Shown: positions 1 to 13,070 of the stretch, in pieces
How positions within the stretch are numbered: the first letter of the stretch is position 1
Layout of the letters: each line of letters starts with the position of its first letter
Source of the DNA: Octopus bimaculoides
Lineage: Eukaryota
Length of the DNA: 63,955 nucleotides
Direction: 5' to 3'
NCBI RefSeq assembly: GCF_001194135.2
Contig: NC_068989.1
Span: 68,511,710 to 68,575,664 of the forward strand
Made by a program: the position numbers and the translations under genes
Notes under the pieces: model-generated
The model's database searches: none
What the model saw: the letters and a program-made list of their open reading frames with translations, nothing else
What the model was told of the DNA's origin: nothing

Positions 1-175
1 TTAATGATATTTCGTCTATCTTTACGTTCTGAGTTCATATTCCGTCGAGGTCGACTTTGCCTTTCATCTTTTCGGGTTCGATAAATTAAGTACCATTTGC
101 GTACTGGGGGTCTAATCTACTGGCCCCATCCCCACAAAATATCGGGCCTTGTGCCAAGAGTAGAAAAGAATGTGT
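1..175 (+). mobile_element. SINE family B copy (5' truncated at window edge)
   Basis: Shares the family core gaggtcgactttgcctttcatcttttcggg-tcgataaattaagtacca and the ggccttgtgcca tail with the copies at 23595, 47426 and 57600. Confidence 0.85.
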
Positions 176-189
176 CTGCATAAGACCAG

Positions 190-330
190 GAAGCAAGCTG
201 GCAGAAGCGTTATTTTGCAGTGCGAAATGCTTAGCGGCATTTCATCCGTGGTCGACTTTACATTTCATCATTTTGGGGTCGATAAAACAAGTACCAATGG
301 AGCACTGGTGTCGATGTAATTGACTTGCAC
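190..330 (+). mobile_element. SINE family B copy with internal deletion
   Basis: ctggcagaagcgtt head, gtcgacttta...ggggtcgataaaacaagtacc core. Confidence 0.8.
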
Positions 331-580
331 CCCAAGTTGATTAATATTAGAGGGATTATATATTTATCTATCCTTGAAGCCACAAATGGCTAGGTATATA
401 GTAGGACGCTGGTTTCTCGAAAATTTCTTTAGAGGAAGAGAAGTTAGAGACTCTGTAGATAATATTAGCTATCAGATTTTTTTAAATTACAGGAGGGTGC
501 CAAGATTGTTTATGTATATAGGCGAGTTTCTCATTAGGCTAATGGAAATGTTTATTTACCATCACATAACAGTACATTAC

Positions 581-585
581 ACACA

Positions 586-647
<62 letters not shown>

Positions 648-765
648 CATGTATATATATATTTAGGTATATATATACATACATATATGTGTGGGTGGGT
701 GCGCGTGCGTGTGTGTGTGTCTGTGTCTGTGTATGTATGTGTAGATATATATATATATATATATA
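581..765. repeat. Compound (CA)n/(TA)n/(TG)n microsatellite
   Basis: Directly visible. Confidence 0.95.
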
Positions 766-1036
766 TTAAAAGTCAGAGTACAAAATGTACCTGTTTGCTC
801 ACTTGAAAGGAGAATAAAATTCTCCAAACCACGTATCTCTCACAATATGCAAGCACACACTGAGAATGTAGTAAATACATTTAAAAATATGGTTTTTCCA
901 GTTTGTAAATCTACAAACAGGAGGATAAATATTCCAGTATCAATTGATTTCGCTTTTTGTTGTCGAATTGACATTTAAAGCTCATCAGCTAGACTTACTA
1001 CGTAAACTATTGTTAAATATATATTTACCTTTCCGT

Positions 1037-1121
1037 GCGCATTTGGGCAAGCGTCTTGGACAAGTGTCTATAGCCCCGGGCCGACAAAAGACTTGTGACT
1101 GGATTTGGTAGACGGAAACTG

Positions 1122-1174
<53 letters not shown>

Positions 1175-1176
1175 TG
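1037..1176 (+). mobile_element. SINE family A partial copy running into (TG)n and an assembly gap
   Basis: ttgggcaag...ccgggccgacaaaagacttgtgactggatttggtagacggaaact matches the copy at 8782. Confidence 0.85.
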
Positions 1177-3107
1177 NNNNNNNNNNNNNNNNNNNNNNNN
1201 NNNNNNNNNNNNNNNNNNNNNNNNNNNNNNNNNNNNNNNNNNNNNNNNNNNNNNNNNNNNNNNNNNNNNNNNNNNNNNNNNNNNNNNNNNNNNNNNNNNN
1301 NNNNNNNNNNNNNNNNNNNNNNNNNNNNNNNNNNNNNNNNNNNNNNNNNNNNNNNNNNNNNNNNNNNNNNNNNNNNNNNNNNNNNNNNNNNNNNNNNNNN
1401 NNNNNNNNNNNNNNNNNNNNNNNNNNNNNNNNNNNNNNNNNNNNNNNNNNNNNNNNNNNNNNNNNNNNNNNNNNNNNNNNNNNNNNNNNNNNNNNNNNNN
1501 NNNNNNNNNNNNNNNNNNNNNNNNNNNNNNNNNNNNNNNNNNNNNNNNNNNNNNNNNNNNNNNNNNNNNNNNNNNNNNNNNNNNNNNNNNNNNNNNNNNN
1601 NNNNNNNNNNNNNNNNNNNNNNNNNNNNNNNNNNNNNNNNNNNNNNNNNNNNNNNNNNNNNNNNNNNNNNNNNNNNNNNNNNNNNNNNNNNNNNNNNNNN
1701 NNNNNNNNNNNNNNNNNNNNNNNNNNNNNNNNNNNNNNNNNNNNNNNNNNNNNNNNNNNNNNNNNNNNNNNNNNNNNNNNNNNNNNNNNNNNNNNNNNNN
1801 NNNNNNNNNNNNNNNNNNNNNNNNNNNNNNNNNNNNNNNNNNNNNNNNNNNNNNNNNNNNNNNNNNNNNNNNNNNNNNNNNNNNNNNNNNNNNNNNNNNN
1901 NNNNNNNNNNNNNNNNNNNNNNNNNNNNNNNNNNNNNNNNNNNNNNNGTGTGTGTGTTTGTGTGTGTGTGTACATGTGTGTGTCTGTGTCTGTGTGTGTA
2001 CATACATACATACATACATACATGCATACGTACGGAAGCTCAAATTTCATCCTATGATCTTAAGGCGTACTAGCTTAATATCCAATGTGTCCCTGCTTTT
2101 CAAGATTATAGGATGAATTTCGAGGCGTTTTTTTTTCTTGCTGTATCTCTCAAGTCGAATGACTTTATAGGCGACCTCATTTGCTCTGATTTATATACTT
2201 TGATTAAGTACATCAACCACTAAATAGTTGGGCATTGGCAAATTATTTTAAAATATATCAAATATGATAGGGTCTCGCATATGTAAAATAATGAGTCGAA
2301 AAAGAAAATTTCTTCCATCTGAGATTATTCAAGTAATTAGAAAAAAAAATTCCCTCTACAATGTTTAAAAATCTAAGACAACAAGCCTGGAAATATATCC
2401 AATACGATCAATAGATCGAAGTTTTGGAAAGCATCTAGACAATGCAGGTTCGGAGGTATTTGCTCTTTACTTACGAGACCATTCCAGTTTGCATTATAAG
2501 AATATGACACAGTGTATTTCGTTTGGCAAAATATGGGGGGGGGGGGAACAGTTAATTCGAAAGCTAACAGTATGGATTCTGCAGTGTATGATTGCATGAT
2601 ACAATGGAGCAAATAAAAGATGGCAAGAGAGCAATTGTCAATCTTAATGAAATTTCTTTTTCAACAATGACATGAACATTATCTTTAAACGAAGCAGTAC
2701 AAGTGGTGAATCACGATTACAATAAGAAGCTAACAGAGAAGGAAGATTTTTAGGAGTGACAAATTATTCTTCTGAAAAACCAATTAGTTATACTTCATAA
2801 AAATCAATTAGATATATACATACGTACAAACATACATACATACAGACAGACAGATAGATAGATAAATAGATTATACGTATATTTATATGTGTGTGTGTGT
2901 GTATGTATGCAACAAAGCCTCCATAAACTAGAAACACCTAAACAAATACCCTTATCACAATTAAAATGAAGGACAATGACAAATATAAATGTGTTGCACC
3001 GTATATACAAGGAAACTACAATTGAAAAAAAATGTATTACAACGAGCCTACTTCCAGTTTTTGCCTCCCTACCAAGGTAATATTCTTTTGATTGTTTTAT
3101 CCTTTTG

Positions 3108-3180
3108 TTTGTTTCAGTCATTGAACAGTGGTCATGCTAAGGGTTGCCTTGAGGGGTTCTAGTCGAGCAAATCAACCACC
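3108..3180 (-). mobile_element. SINE family A 3' end fragment
   Basis: ttgtttcagtca...gtcatgct...tagtcgagcaaatcaacc is the reverse complement of the family A tail at 9130-9195 and 17455-17520. Confidence 0.6.
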
Positions 3181-3609
3181 GTAATTTTTAAATAAAGGGA
3201 AATGTTGTTTACACCATTACTAAAAAATAGCCAAACAATTACAGCTTTGCCCAGGGTCAAAATATAGGTCTCTTGACATGTTCAACAAACCGTGACGCCT
3301 AAACCAAACACCAACAAACTTAAGTAATTTAGTAAAGCCAAACACTGATTTGCGAAACTTAACATTCTGGAGCCTATACAAGTGTATTTAAGGCATACAT
3401 TTTAGGCATCTCCCTAGCGTTGTAAATTGTAAAACATAACTATCACCACTACTATATGAACCTGAAGATTACATAGCTTAATGCATGAAAGTACTAGTTC
3501 AATCAGAATGGACATTTAATATTCTATCATTTCATCATATATTATATTACATTATATTATTATAAGATTGTAAATAAAACTTGAAAATCACAGTTGGAAT
3601 TTCTTTGAG

Positions 3610-3651
<42 letters not shown>

Positions 3652-3868
3652 CAGAATNNNNNNNNNNNNNNNNNNNNNNNNNNNNNNNNNNNNNNNNNNN
3701 NNNNNNNNNNNNNNNNNNNNNNNNNNNNNNNNNNNNNNNNNNNNNNNNNNNNNNNNNNNNNNNNNNNNNNNNNNNNNNNNNNNNNNNNNNNNNNNNNNNN
3801 NNNNNNNNNNNNNNNNNNNNNNNNNNNNNNNNNNNNNNNNNNNATATATATATATATATATATATATA

Positions 3869-4003
3869 TCGACGGGCTTCTTTCAGGTCGAGTCACCAGG
3901 CTTTGGTAGAAGACTCTTGCCCAAGGTGTCACACAATGGAACTGAACCTCGTAATCATGTGATTGGGAAGCTAGCTTCTTATCACACAGCAACACTGCGC
4001 CTC
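3869..4003 (-). mobile_element. SINE family A 5' part with internal deletion
   Basis: gacgggcttctttcag...cttgcccaaggtgtcacaca...actgaacc...cacacagcaacactgcgcc is the reverse complement of the family A head. Confidence 0.8.
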
Positions 4004-4865
4004 TTTGTGTGTGTGTGCACGCGCGCGTGTTTGTGCGTGTGTGTATGTGTGTGGAATGTATATATATATGTGTGTCATTTTAAGTGTGTGTTTGTGTACT
4101 GTAACTCTTTACCACGATCCCGTTCTTTATTTCTACTTCCACAATAATGTCTTTGCTCTTGCGTTTGAGCCACCCGCTGAAAATAAAGAATAATTTAAGA
4201 TATAACTATACATAGCTGAAAGCTTGTTAATAACTTTTATTTAATTATCAGTTTGAATTTTTATTAAATATTTTGAAGATAACTTTCATTTTTTTTTTTA
4301 CTTTATTTTCATTTTTACCCCATTTTTCTTTTTAAGACTTTTTTTCTCTCCGCTTTCTGCTTCGGTTACACATCGATACTCTCTAAGTTAATTATCTTTC
4401 ATTTCATATATTATTACTTCCGGAAATTTACATTGATTTTGGGCAGAATAGAGGAATAGAATTAAAGGTTATTGATATTTCGTTTTCTATAATATTGACC
4501 TTATCTCAATAAAAGTTAATCTTTCTCGACTTTCGACCTTTCACGCAAAACCACATTCTAATTATTCTCCAAAGTTTTCCATAAAACACTTTAATTTCTA
4601 ATTCACTTTGCAGATCGTATACACAATCTACGAAGTATTGTTCTTCTGTCTCTCTTCTTATAAGTTCTTCCATTCGCTACCAACAGCATTATTTCATGTG
4701 AATTCAACTGAAATAGACTGGGAACGGATTTCATGTGAAATCAATTTTTGTTGCTGAGGATATATTTCGATATAGGGCATCAGCTTTACGGTCTTTATTG
4801 TTGATACATTTCACAGTAATGTAACGTATCAGATAGATAGATAGATCTATGTGTGTGTGTGTGTG

Positions 4866-4955
4866 TAAATTGGCTAGAGCGTCGAGCTTACGACTGTGAG
4901 GTTGTGAGTTCGAATCCCGGACCGGGCTGCATGTTGTGTTCTTGAGCAAGACATG
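4866..4955 (+). mobile_element. SINE family C 5' fragment (tRNA-like head)
   Basis: tagagcgtcgagcttacga...gagttcgaatcccgga...tgtgttcttgagcaagaca is nearly identical to 40030-40110; B-box GTTCGAATC. Confidence 0.85.
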
Positions 4956-6280
4956 CGTGAAACCGAGACGAAAGTGAAACATTCAGAGTTTTTAGTTTTT
5001 TTTAAGTGGGGAGGTGATGGGTGGGCGAGGTGGAGGAAGGATACTGAGTGTTTCTTTAAGAAAATTTTAAAATTAAAAAAAAATTTCTCAGGTTCGTAGT
5101 CTCTGTATTTTTCTACATGGATTAAAAAAGAAATTCGGAAAAACGCTAGAAATTAAGAAATTGAGGTGGGGGGGGGGATAATTAAAATTTTGAAAATGGG
5201 ATTTTTGGGCATAATCGCATTCTCCTATGTCGAAAACATAGAAATCCGAAGAACTTTTGGAAAAAAAAAGCCGAAGTGGGTGGTATGGAAAATGTGCCAA
5301 TGATTGTACCAGAAAAGCATGGTGTTTGGTCATTTTCTGTTGACAAATAGAGTTTTGTGCATTACAAATGCATTCATAACATTGCTGCATTTTTTGACAC
5401 CAAAAACATTAAAATTTGCAACGTATATTAGAAGAAAATCAGAATATTGCCGGAAAATGACCTCAAAATTGTGCGACCCGACCTCGCTTTCGAGGTTATT
5501 TTTGTAGTAAAAAAAGAGCTGTTGTACAAAAAAGCATTCTTTATTCGGTAACCGAGAGATCACTGAATCTTTTTATTCAAAATCAGCAACTCTGTTTTCG
5601 AATCCATAAGGAACATACGCAGCATACACACACACACTGTTTTATAGATATAGATATACAAGTTTATATATACATACATTCATACTCATACATGCAAAAA
5701 AATCACCTGTATCGAAACTGCTCCAGCAAGATCTATGAGACGTAGCCGTAGGTAGATCCTGTAGTCCAATTCATGTTATAGTATGAGCGTAGCACCAAAC
5801 AGGTAGAAGAGAATTGCATTGGAGAAACGGCGATAAAAATAATTAGCCGTGTAAATGTTCACAAACAGCAAATTAAAGATTCACCTCTTAGAAATGTTCC
5901 ATGATGTAAGCATCTAGATATGTGTGCTAATGGAGAATTTTACATATTTGCCTTTTACAAAATAAGAAAAGGATCAACTACGAAAGGGAAAAGACGAATA
6001 CTTTATAGAAATTCCAAATCTGAAACTGAATCGGAAATAGTCAGCAACAGTTTTAAAAACAACGTCCACTAAACGCATTAGCCCGAAATACGTACGTCTG
6101 AAAAGTTGAAACACAAAAGCGTTTGCACAAACTACACGCAAAATACACTCTATGCAAACTTCTTGCACAAAAATAAGTGAGATTCTGTTAAATAATTCTT
6201 TTTCTTTTACATAGTTAATAACTTTTAAAAATTCTTTTTTAACTGTTGCGACTGTATCGAGTAATTTTACAGAAGCGTTA

Positions 6281-6321
<41 letters not shown>

Positions 6322-6325
<4 letters not shown>

Positions 6326-6813
6326 CATATATTGAGGTCCTAGAAATAATTGTTAAGCCCTGGATAGACAGTATATGCAATGGAAGGACATACGTGTTTC
6401 AAGTAAGACTCTGCACTATCACACATGGCTCTAGTAACACGGGAATACATGGCTGAAAATTTTCATGATTACTTAACCCCTAACATTTGACCTCCTAATT
6501 CCCAAGATCTCAATCTACTGGACTATTACATGTGGAGCGTTGTTGACAGAGAGGTCAATGAACACGCCCATAACACCAAAGATTCTTTGAAAGCTCCCAT
6601 AGTCAGCCAAAATGAACCTGGACCACTTAATTCGAGCACGTAGATGATTTAGATCTCATATAGAAGCAGTTGTTGAAGCTGAAGGTGGCTTTATTGAATA
6701 ACATTATAGAAAAGAAGGTTTATTTTTATCCTCATAGCATATTTTGATAAAGTTATTATCTGTTATTATATCTGTTTTTTTTAATAAAGATAAATCTGTC
6801 TTCAAATATCTTA
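6322..6813 (+). mobile_element. Tc1/mariner DD37D (maT-type) transposase 3' remnant
   Basis: Translates as VKPWIDSICNGRTYVFQ/DSALSH...I*PPNSQDLNLLDYYMWS...EAVVEAEGGFIE*. The 2nd D (6407) and 3rd D (6521) are separated by 37 codons. One frameshift and an in-frame stop. Ends in a TIR-like catcctgcata. Confidence 0.85.
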
Positions 6814-6819
6814 TGCATC

Positions 6820-7085
6820 CTGCATATGTATACGTGTATACATATATATATACACTTATATGTATGCATGTATATATTCGTATTTATATGTACATATGCA
6901 TATATACACATATGTATATACGTATGCATATATATATATATGCATATATGTTTGTATATATATATATATGTGTGTGTGCGTGTGTGTATGTATGTGTGTA
7001 TGTACAATTATGTATTTATGTGTACATATATGTGTGTGCGTTCGTGTGTGCCTGTGTGTGTGTATGTATGCGTGTGTGTGTGTAT
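6820..7085. repeat. Degenerate compound TA/TG low-complexity repeat
   Basis: Directly visible. Confidence 0.9.
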
Positions 7086-7451
7086 TTTTTCTGTCAGTGC
7101 GTGTCATTATTTAATTCCGAAAAATTCAATGGAAAATCTTGAACACCAAAACGTCAATAAATGAAGATATTCCAAAATTCATTTTGTGTCATGTTAACCA
7201 TTTAAACTACATAGACCATTTAAATCAAGCAAACCAAACATACTTCACTCAAAAAAATATACAAACCCCTACTGTACGCAGCTTATATAAATACCCCACA
7301 AAACACCCCGCCACGTATATAATGGTACAGAGACAATCATAAATTCAAGTAGGTACACGCAGATCAACTAACGTGGTTTTTTCTTTCCTTTTTTTGACTT
7401 CAATCAAAATGTCAGCAAATTGATTTTTGTACATTTTATTTTTATTTTTAT

Positions 7452-7455
7452 TTAT

Positions 7456-7521
<66 letters not shown>

Positions 7522-7560
7522 GTTGTTGTTATTATTACTATTATTATCATTATTATTATT
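7452..7560. repeat. (ATT)n microsatellite with (GTT) interruption
   Basis: Directly visible; source of the poly-L and poly-I ORFs. Confidence 0.95.
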
Positions 7561-7743
7561 ATTTTGTCTCTACAGTGTTTCGTTCATTTTTTATTACTTA
7601 GTTATATCGTTAATGCAACATGGTAAAAAGGAATGTAATTGTTTTGACATTTCTTGCTACAAAACCTAAACAGAGAAAAATAAAATAAATTAAAAAGAGA
7701 ACATCACCAATAAAAACAAAGCAGAATTATACATACATACACG

Positions 7744-7782
<39 letters not shown>

Positions 7783-8019
7783 GCACATGCACATGCCTAC
7801 ACACGTACACACACACTCTCACAAACGCGCGCGCACAGTATATTCGTGTCGTGTCACAAGAGGGATTGAAATGAACTTTTATGCCATGGTACTCGTTTAA
7901 CACCTCACATCGTTAGCTCTATCTTAATGGATTTGCTTTTATTGTGTAACGGAGATGTTATTTGTAATAACAGGCGTTTGGCCTATGGCATCAGACTCCA
8001 CTCGGTCTTTAAAGCAGGC

Positions 8020-8160
8020 TATTATCATTATTATTATTATCATTATTACTATTATTATCATTATTATTGTTATTATTGTTGTTGTTGTTGTTGTTGTTGT
8101 TATTATCATTATTATTTTTATCAGCAGCAGCATAATCATAATCACCCTAATAAGAATTAT
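8020..8160. repeat. (ATT)n/(GTT)n compound microsatellite
   Basis: Directly visible. Confidence 0.9.
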
Positions 8161-8695
8161 TGATGACTTTTATGATATTTGTTTTCTATTATCTATTATT
8201 TTATCATGGCTTACTTTCATTTTTGTTTTTAAACTCTATGTTCGAAACAAATAGAGAGAATTAGCTTACTATTATAACCATTGTCATCATGTATCAGCCT
8301 TGTTCGGGATTTTATTTATTTATATTTACTTATTGTCTTTTTTCCATTTTTCTTTTTAACGTCTTAGTATCAGTAGATGACAATTCGAAAACCAAGAACA
8401 CAATTGGTTTTAATTGCTGACGTCACTCATCTTTCTGACGCTACTATAACACTATTGATTCACATCTCAAAGATTTCCTAAACTGCAACAAATAAAAATT
8501 TGACATATACAAAAACAAAAGAAGACATTTCAATGAGTCGAAATACAATCAACAAGCTAGGAATTCTATTTATTTATTTGTCTCTTTATTAATCTACTGT
8601 TTAGAATTTAATTTTTCGATTTTAAAACAGTCGGTTTGTGTTCATTTCCAGTAAATAGTCGTTATTTCTCCGTACTGACACCCAAGAATTATATG

Positions 8696-8729
<34 letters not shown>

Positions 8730-8781
8730 TGTGTGTGTGTATGTATGTATGTATGTATGTATTATGTAATGTAAATATATA

Positions 8782-8940
8782 AGCGCAGGAGCAACTGCGT
8801 GGTTAGTAGCTTGTTTACCAACCACATTGTTCCGAGTTCAGTCCCACTGCGTGGCACCTTGGGCAAGTGTCTTCTACTATAGCCACGGGCCGACCAAAAC
8901 CTTGAGTGGATTTGGTAGACGGAAACTGAAAGAAGCTCGC

Positions 8941-9011
<71 letters not shown>

Positions 9012-9205
9012 TTGTGTGTCTATGTCCTCGCACCATCGCTTGACAACCGATGTTGGTGTGTTTATGTCCTCGTAACTTAGCGGCTCGGCAAAAGAGACAG
9101 ATAGATTAAATTCTAGGCTTACAAAGTCCTACGATCGATTTCTTCGACTAAAGGTGGTGCTTCAGCATGGCCGCAGTCAAATGACTGAAACAAATAAAAG
9201 AATAA
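8782..9205 (+). mobile_element. SINE family A, near full length, with internal (TG)n array at about 8942-9020
   Basis: gcgcaggag...tggttagtag (A-box-like), gagttcagtccc (B-box-like), body, (TG)n, then tail caccatcgcttgacaaccgatg...gcatggccgcagtcaaatgactgaaacaa. Confidence 0.9.
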
Positions 9206-9575
9206 AACAAAAAAAAAAGAATGTATGTATGTATGTATGTATGCACTAATCCGTTATCCGTTGTAGATGGGTGACTTTGGATGTATCAGTAAATACGGCA
9301 TACATACAATAATTACAATTTAACTTTCGTCAAATATTTTTGTACATGTACAAAATGAAAAAAGATAAATACTAGTTTTCGAAAGAAAATTATATATTAC
9401 CTTAAAAGAAAATTAAACAAAACACACTTGCTATTCGTATATTTGCAATAAATACATGTTATTTTTCCAAATTTTATTAAATCCACCAGAAAGCTATCTC
9501 AGCAAAATTTTGTAAAATAACGTATATTTTTCAGAAAGTTATAAGACACTCGTCCTGTACCTCTCATATTGAATT

Positions 9576-9840
9576 TAAATTTTGGACAACGATTTCGGGG
9601 GAGGGAGTAAGTTGATTACATCGCCCCCAGTGTTCAACTGGTACTTATTTCATCGGCCCAGAAAGGATGAACGGCAAAGTCGACCTCGACGGAATTTGGA
9701 CTCAGAATGTGAACACAGACGAAACGCTGCTATGCATTTGGCCCTGTGTCCTAAAGATTCCGCCAGCTCGCCGCCGTATACACCTCTAATATTGGCTTCA
9801 AATTTTGGCACAAGGCCAGCAATTTCGAGGGAGACGAAAA
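9576..9840 (-). mobile_element. SINE family B copy plus adjacent second tail fragment
   Basis: Reverse complement of the ggcggcgagctggcggaatc head, the gtcgactttgcc core and the ggccttgtgccaaaatttgaa tail. Confidence 0.85.
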
Positions 9841-10344
9841 GAATAAGAACAAACACTAAAAGAATAAGAACAAACATTAATACTCACAGATACATATATA
9901 CATGCATACATACATTTATATATGAATAAGGAAAAAGAGAGAGTGTGAGAGAGAGAAAATGGGGAGAGAGAATGAATGAGTGATATACTGAATTACTTTT
10001 GTACGTCATAAGCAATCTTTTGGAAAAATGTAATGTTTGTAGATTTTCATCAAAAATATTTTTTTCGATTTTCGGACTTTACGTTTTTGCTGTAAAATTC
10101 AATATTTGGAAATGCTTTTGGACATCCTGCTTGATTTAGCGTTCCATGTTTTTCTTTTCTTTCTAATTGTTGTAGTTTGGTGTGGCGCCGTAGTTAACTT
10201 TACATCTGAATTATAGAGACAAATATAGACAGAGTGAAATGAAGTAGAAAATAAATGAAGCTGCAAAGGACAGATTTTGAAAATCAACAAATCTTACTAA
10301 AAATGTTCAATTAACAATATATTCGACAATTGTTGTCAAGTCGC

Positions 10345-10720
10345 CAGAATTGTTAGCCTGTCGGACAGAATATCATGCTGCAGTTCTTCTGATCCTTCGC
10401 GTCTTGAGCTCAAATCGCACCAACGTCAACATTGCATTTCATTCTTTTGGCCGGGTGGGGAGAATCGATAAACTATAGTACCAGCCAAATAACGGATTCG
10501 AATTAATCGACTAAACCCATTCCCTGTACCTAAATTAGGAACAGAAATCGTTGCTCTAGTTGTTCTTGTATTTTTGTTGAGGGTGGTGGATTGACAGAAT
10601 CGTTAGTGTCAAACAAAATGCCAAGCAGTATTTCTTCCAGCCCTTTACGTTTTGAACTCGCATCCCGCTGAGGAGAACTATGTTTCATCCTTCTGGGGCA
10701 AAAGGAAGACAGTACCAGTC
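10345..10720 (+). mobile_element. Two degenerate SINE family B copies
   Basis: cagaattgttag...gagctcaaatc...tcattcttttggcc...gataaactatagtaccag and acagaatcgttag...tttcatccttctgggg...agtaccag. Confidence 0.65.
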
Positions 10721-10864
10721 AGACACTATGGTCGAATTAAAATTGCTGTGTTTGTACCTAAATTAGAAACAGATATTCTCTGTGAACTCAAGCGAGGCTT
10801 AAACATATTTTTCTTCTATTTTTCTTTCTTGGATGGTTCAACAAGTATTGTAATCATGGTTTCA

Positions 10865-11065
10865 ATTTTTTGCACAAAACTAGCAATTTCAGGGAGATGA
10901 TGATTCGATTACATCGACCCCAGTCCTAAACTGATATTATTTTAACGACCCTCACTCCGAAATCAAATTCAACATTGCTGAAGTTTGATCGCGGAACCTA
11001 AAAAGCTGAAAGAAATGGCACTAAGCATTTTGTCCTTCATACCAAAATTTCTGCCAGCTCGCTGC
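10865..11065 (-). mobile_element. SINE family B copy
   Basis: gattacatcgaccccagt...ttctgccagctcgc. Confidence 0.75.
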
Positions 11066-11255
11066 TTATATGGCTCGGTGATTACAGACTATATTCCATA
11101 ACCATATTTTTAAATAATGAATTAAAACACATGCAATATTTATACATATTTTTTTGAATATCTTCAGTATTTTTCTATTGACGTTTTCTATTGTTGTTGC
11201 TAGTGCACTTACAGCAGTAGATAATATGAAAGCTACTGATTGTCGTAGTGCCTGT

Positions 11256-11286
<31 letters not shown>

Positions 11287-11849
11287 CATTAAAAAGGAGA
11301 GGATATAAAGTTTTGATTGTTTCTACAAAAAAAGGAAAATATGAAAACTCAACGACCCGAATGATTATTAATGGGGAGAAATTCATTCATAGATAAATTA
11401 TCAACCAGACTTAATAACTTCTTATCTTCTCATATTAATCCTTCTACTTAATTTGTTTACCTAAGATTTCGATATATAAAATAACATGATTCGCAATAAC
11501 AAATCCATAGATTAAAAATAAAAATGAAAATATTACGCATATTTATATACAATTAACTGTATCTCCATGAGTGTGTATGCGTGTGAGGGGGTGCGTATGC
11601 ACGTATGTATATGTGGATGTATGGATACATGAATAAGTATTTTGCTGTATGACTGAGTGTACATCAATACGTATATATTTATCTATTGGACGTGTATATA
11701 TACATATAAATAAATGCTTGCGTGCGCTTGTGTATGCGTGTGTGTGTATGCATATACATATATAATATAAATATATACTTACCTACACCCAAGTACACAT
11801 GTATACATATACACAGAGAGAGAAAGAGATTGCTATACACAGACGTAAA

Positions 11850-11868
11850 GATAGATAGATAGACAGAC

Positions 11869-11955
<87 letters not shown>
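11850..11955. repeat. (AGAT)n tetranucleotide microsatellite
   Basis: Directly visible. Confidence 0.95.
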
Positions 11956-12447
11956 TGTGTCTTAATAACGTTTAATTTAATTTGCTATGAGACTAAGTAA
12001 GATTAGGTGATTTAAGATGTATAAAACTTCCAATCAAAATATATTGTTTCCATTTATTTTCGTTCCAAGTAATCATCTGAAAACTATCCTATTCTATTTT
12101 AGTTGCTTAATTAAAACAATTCACACAAACCAAGACGTCCTGCATTGTAAAGTAATCATTTGTATAGTGTATATGCCAGCTTATGTCAAAGATATAAATC
12201 ACTACACACCTTACACGTATTTACGTAAGCGTGGCTGTATGCGTGCGTAAGTTTTCGGTGATGCGAGTGTCTGTGTTTACGGCTGGAATTTGTAAACATG
12301 AGATTCTCGTGGGAGCTGTGTTTTTGTATAACTGCTGATCAAAAGACGGTGAAAACGAAATGCTGAAAAAGTAAAATAAATTAATGATCGTTTCGGACGA
12401 GCTTTCTGTCGAGACAAAGTATATTTTGTCGAACTCACGCGTATGTA

Positions 12448-12491
<44 letters not shown>

Positions 12492-13070
12492 GGTATGTGT
12501 GTGGGTGGATAGATAGATAGATAAATAGGTAGGTAGGTAGGTAGGTAGGTAGGTAGGTAGCTTAATATATATATTTACATATGTATATAGAATTCATTTT
12601 TGGAACATTGGATCTTGAAGCAGATAAGCTATAAATAATAGCATGTGAATATTGGGTTAAAAACTGTTTGGATAGAAAATGTCAAATGCTGCCCGTGGGA
12701 GTCAAACCCACATTTTCTATAAGGGATAAGAAAAATTTGAAGGATTTCTATCATTCAATTGTAGAACGCTTGTCATGTTTACAAGAGATGAAGATTCGAG
12801 TCTTCGATTTTTTATATCCAAAGGATTTTTTAAGCCGATACTTATTTACAACTATGAGTTGAAGCATTGGTGTACCCACGATGTTCCGATGAGCTTTCTT
12901 CATCTGCACTAATGTGTAAACATGCTATTCTATAATGCGTAGCATACATGTTAATGCAAACATATAAAATAATTAATTATAACTGAAATTAATTGTCTCT
13001 AAAAACACATACATACATACATACATACATACATACATACAATCATACATAGATACACACACACATACAC

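Noticed and set aside
985-2116. Long ORFs of 320-350 aa
   Set aside because: They span the N-gap 1177-1947 and (TG)n repeats. The same applies to ORFs at 14130-14521, 45423-46072, 55371-55772, 59364-60125 and 60335-61292
2340-2790. Coding-like stretch (LHDTMEQIKDGKRAIVNLNE...)
   Set aside because: Multiple stops and no recognisable family motif
5060-5610. Possible non-autonomous DNA transposon-like sequence (also 57030-57260)
   Set aside because: Composition is suggestive, but no TIR pair, TSD or second copy could be shown
7420-8254. Poly-L, poly-I and poly-Y hydrophobic ORFs
   Set aside because: Trinucleotide microsatellite translations; likewise 28502-29125 and 52737-52950
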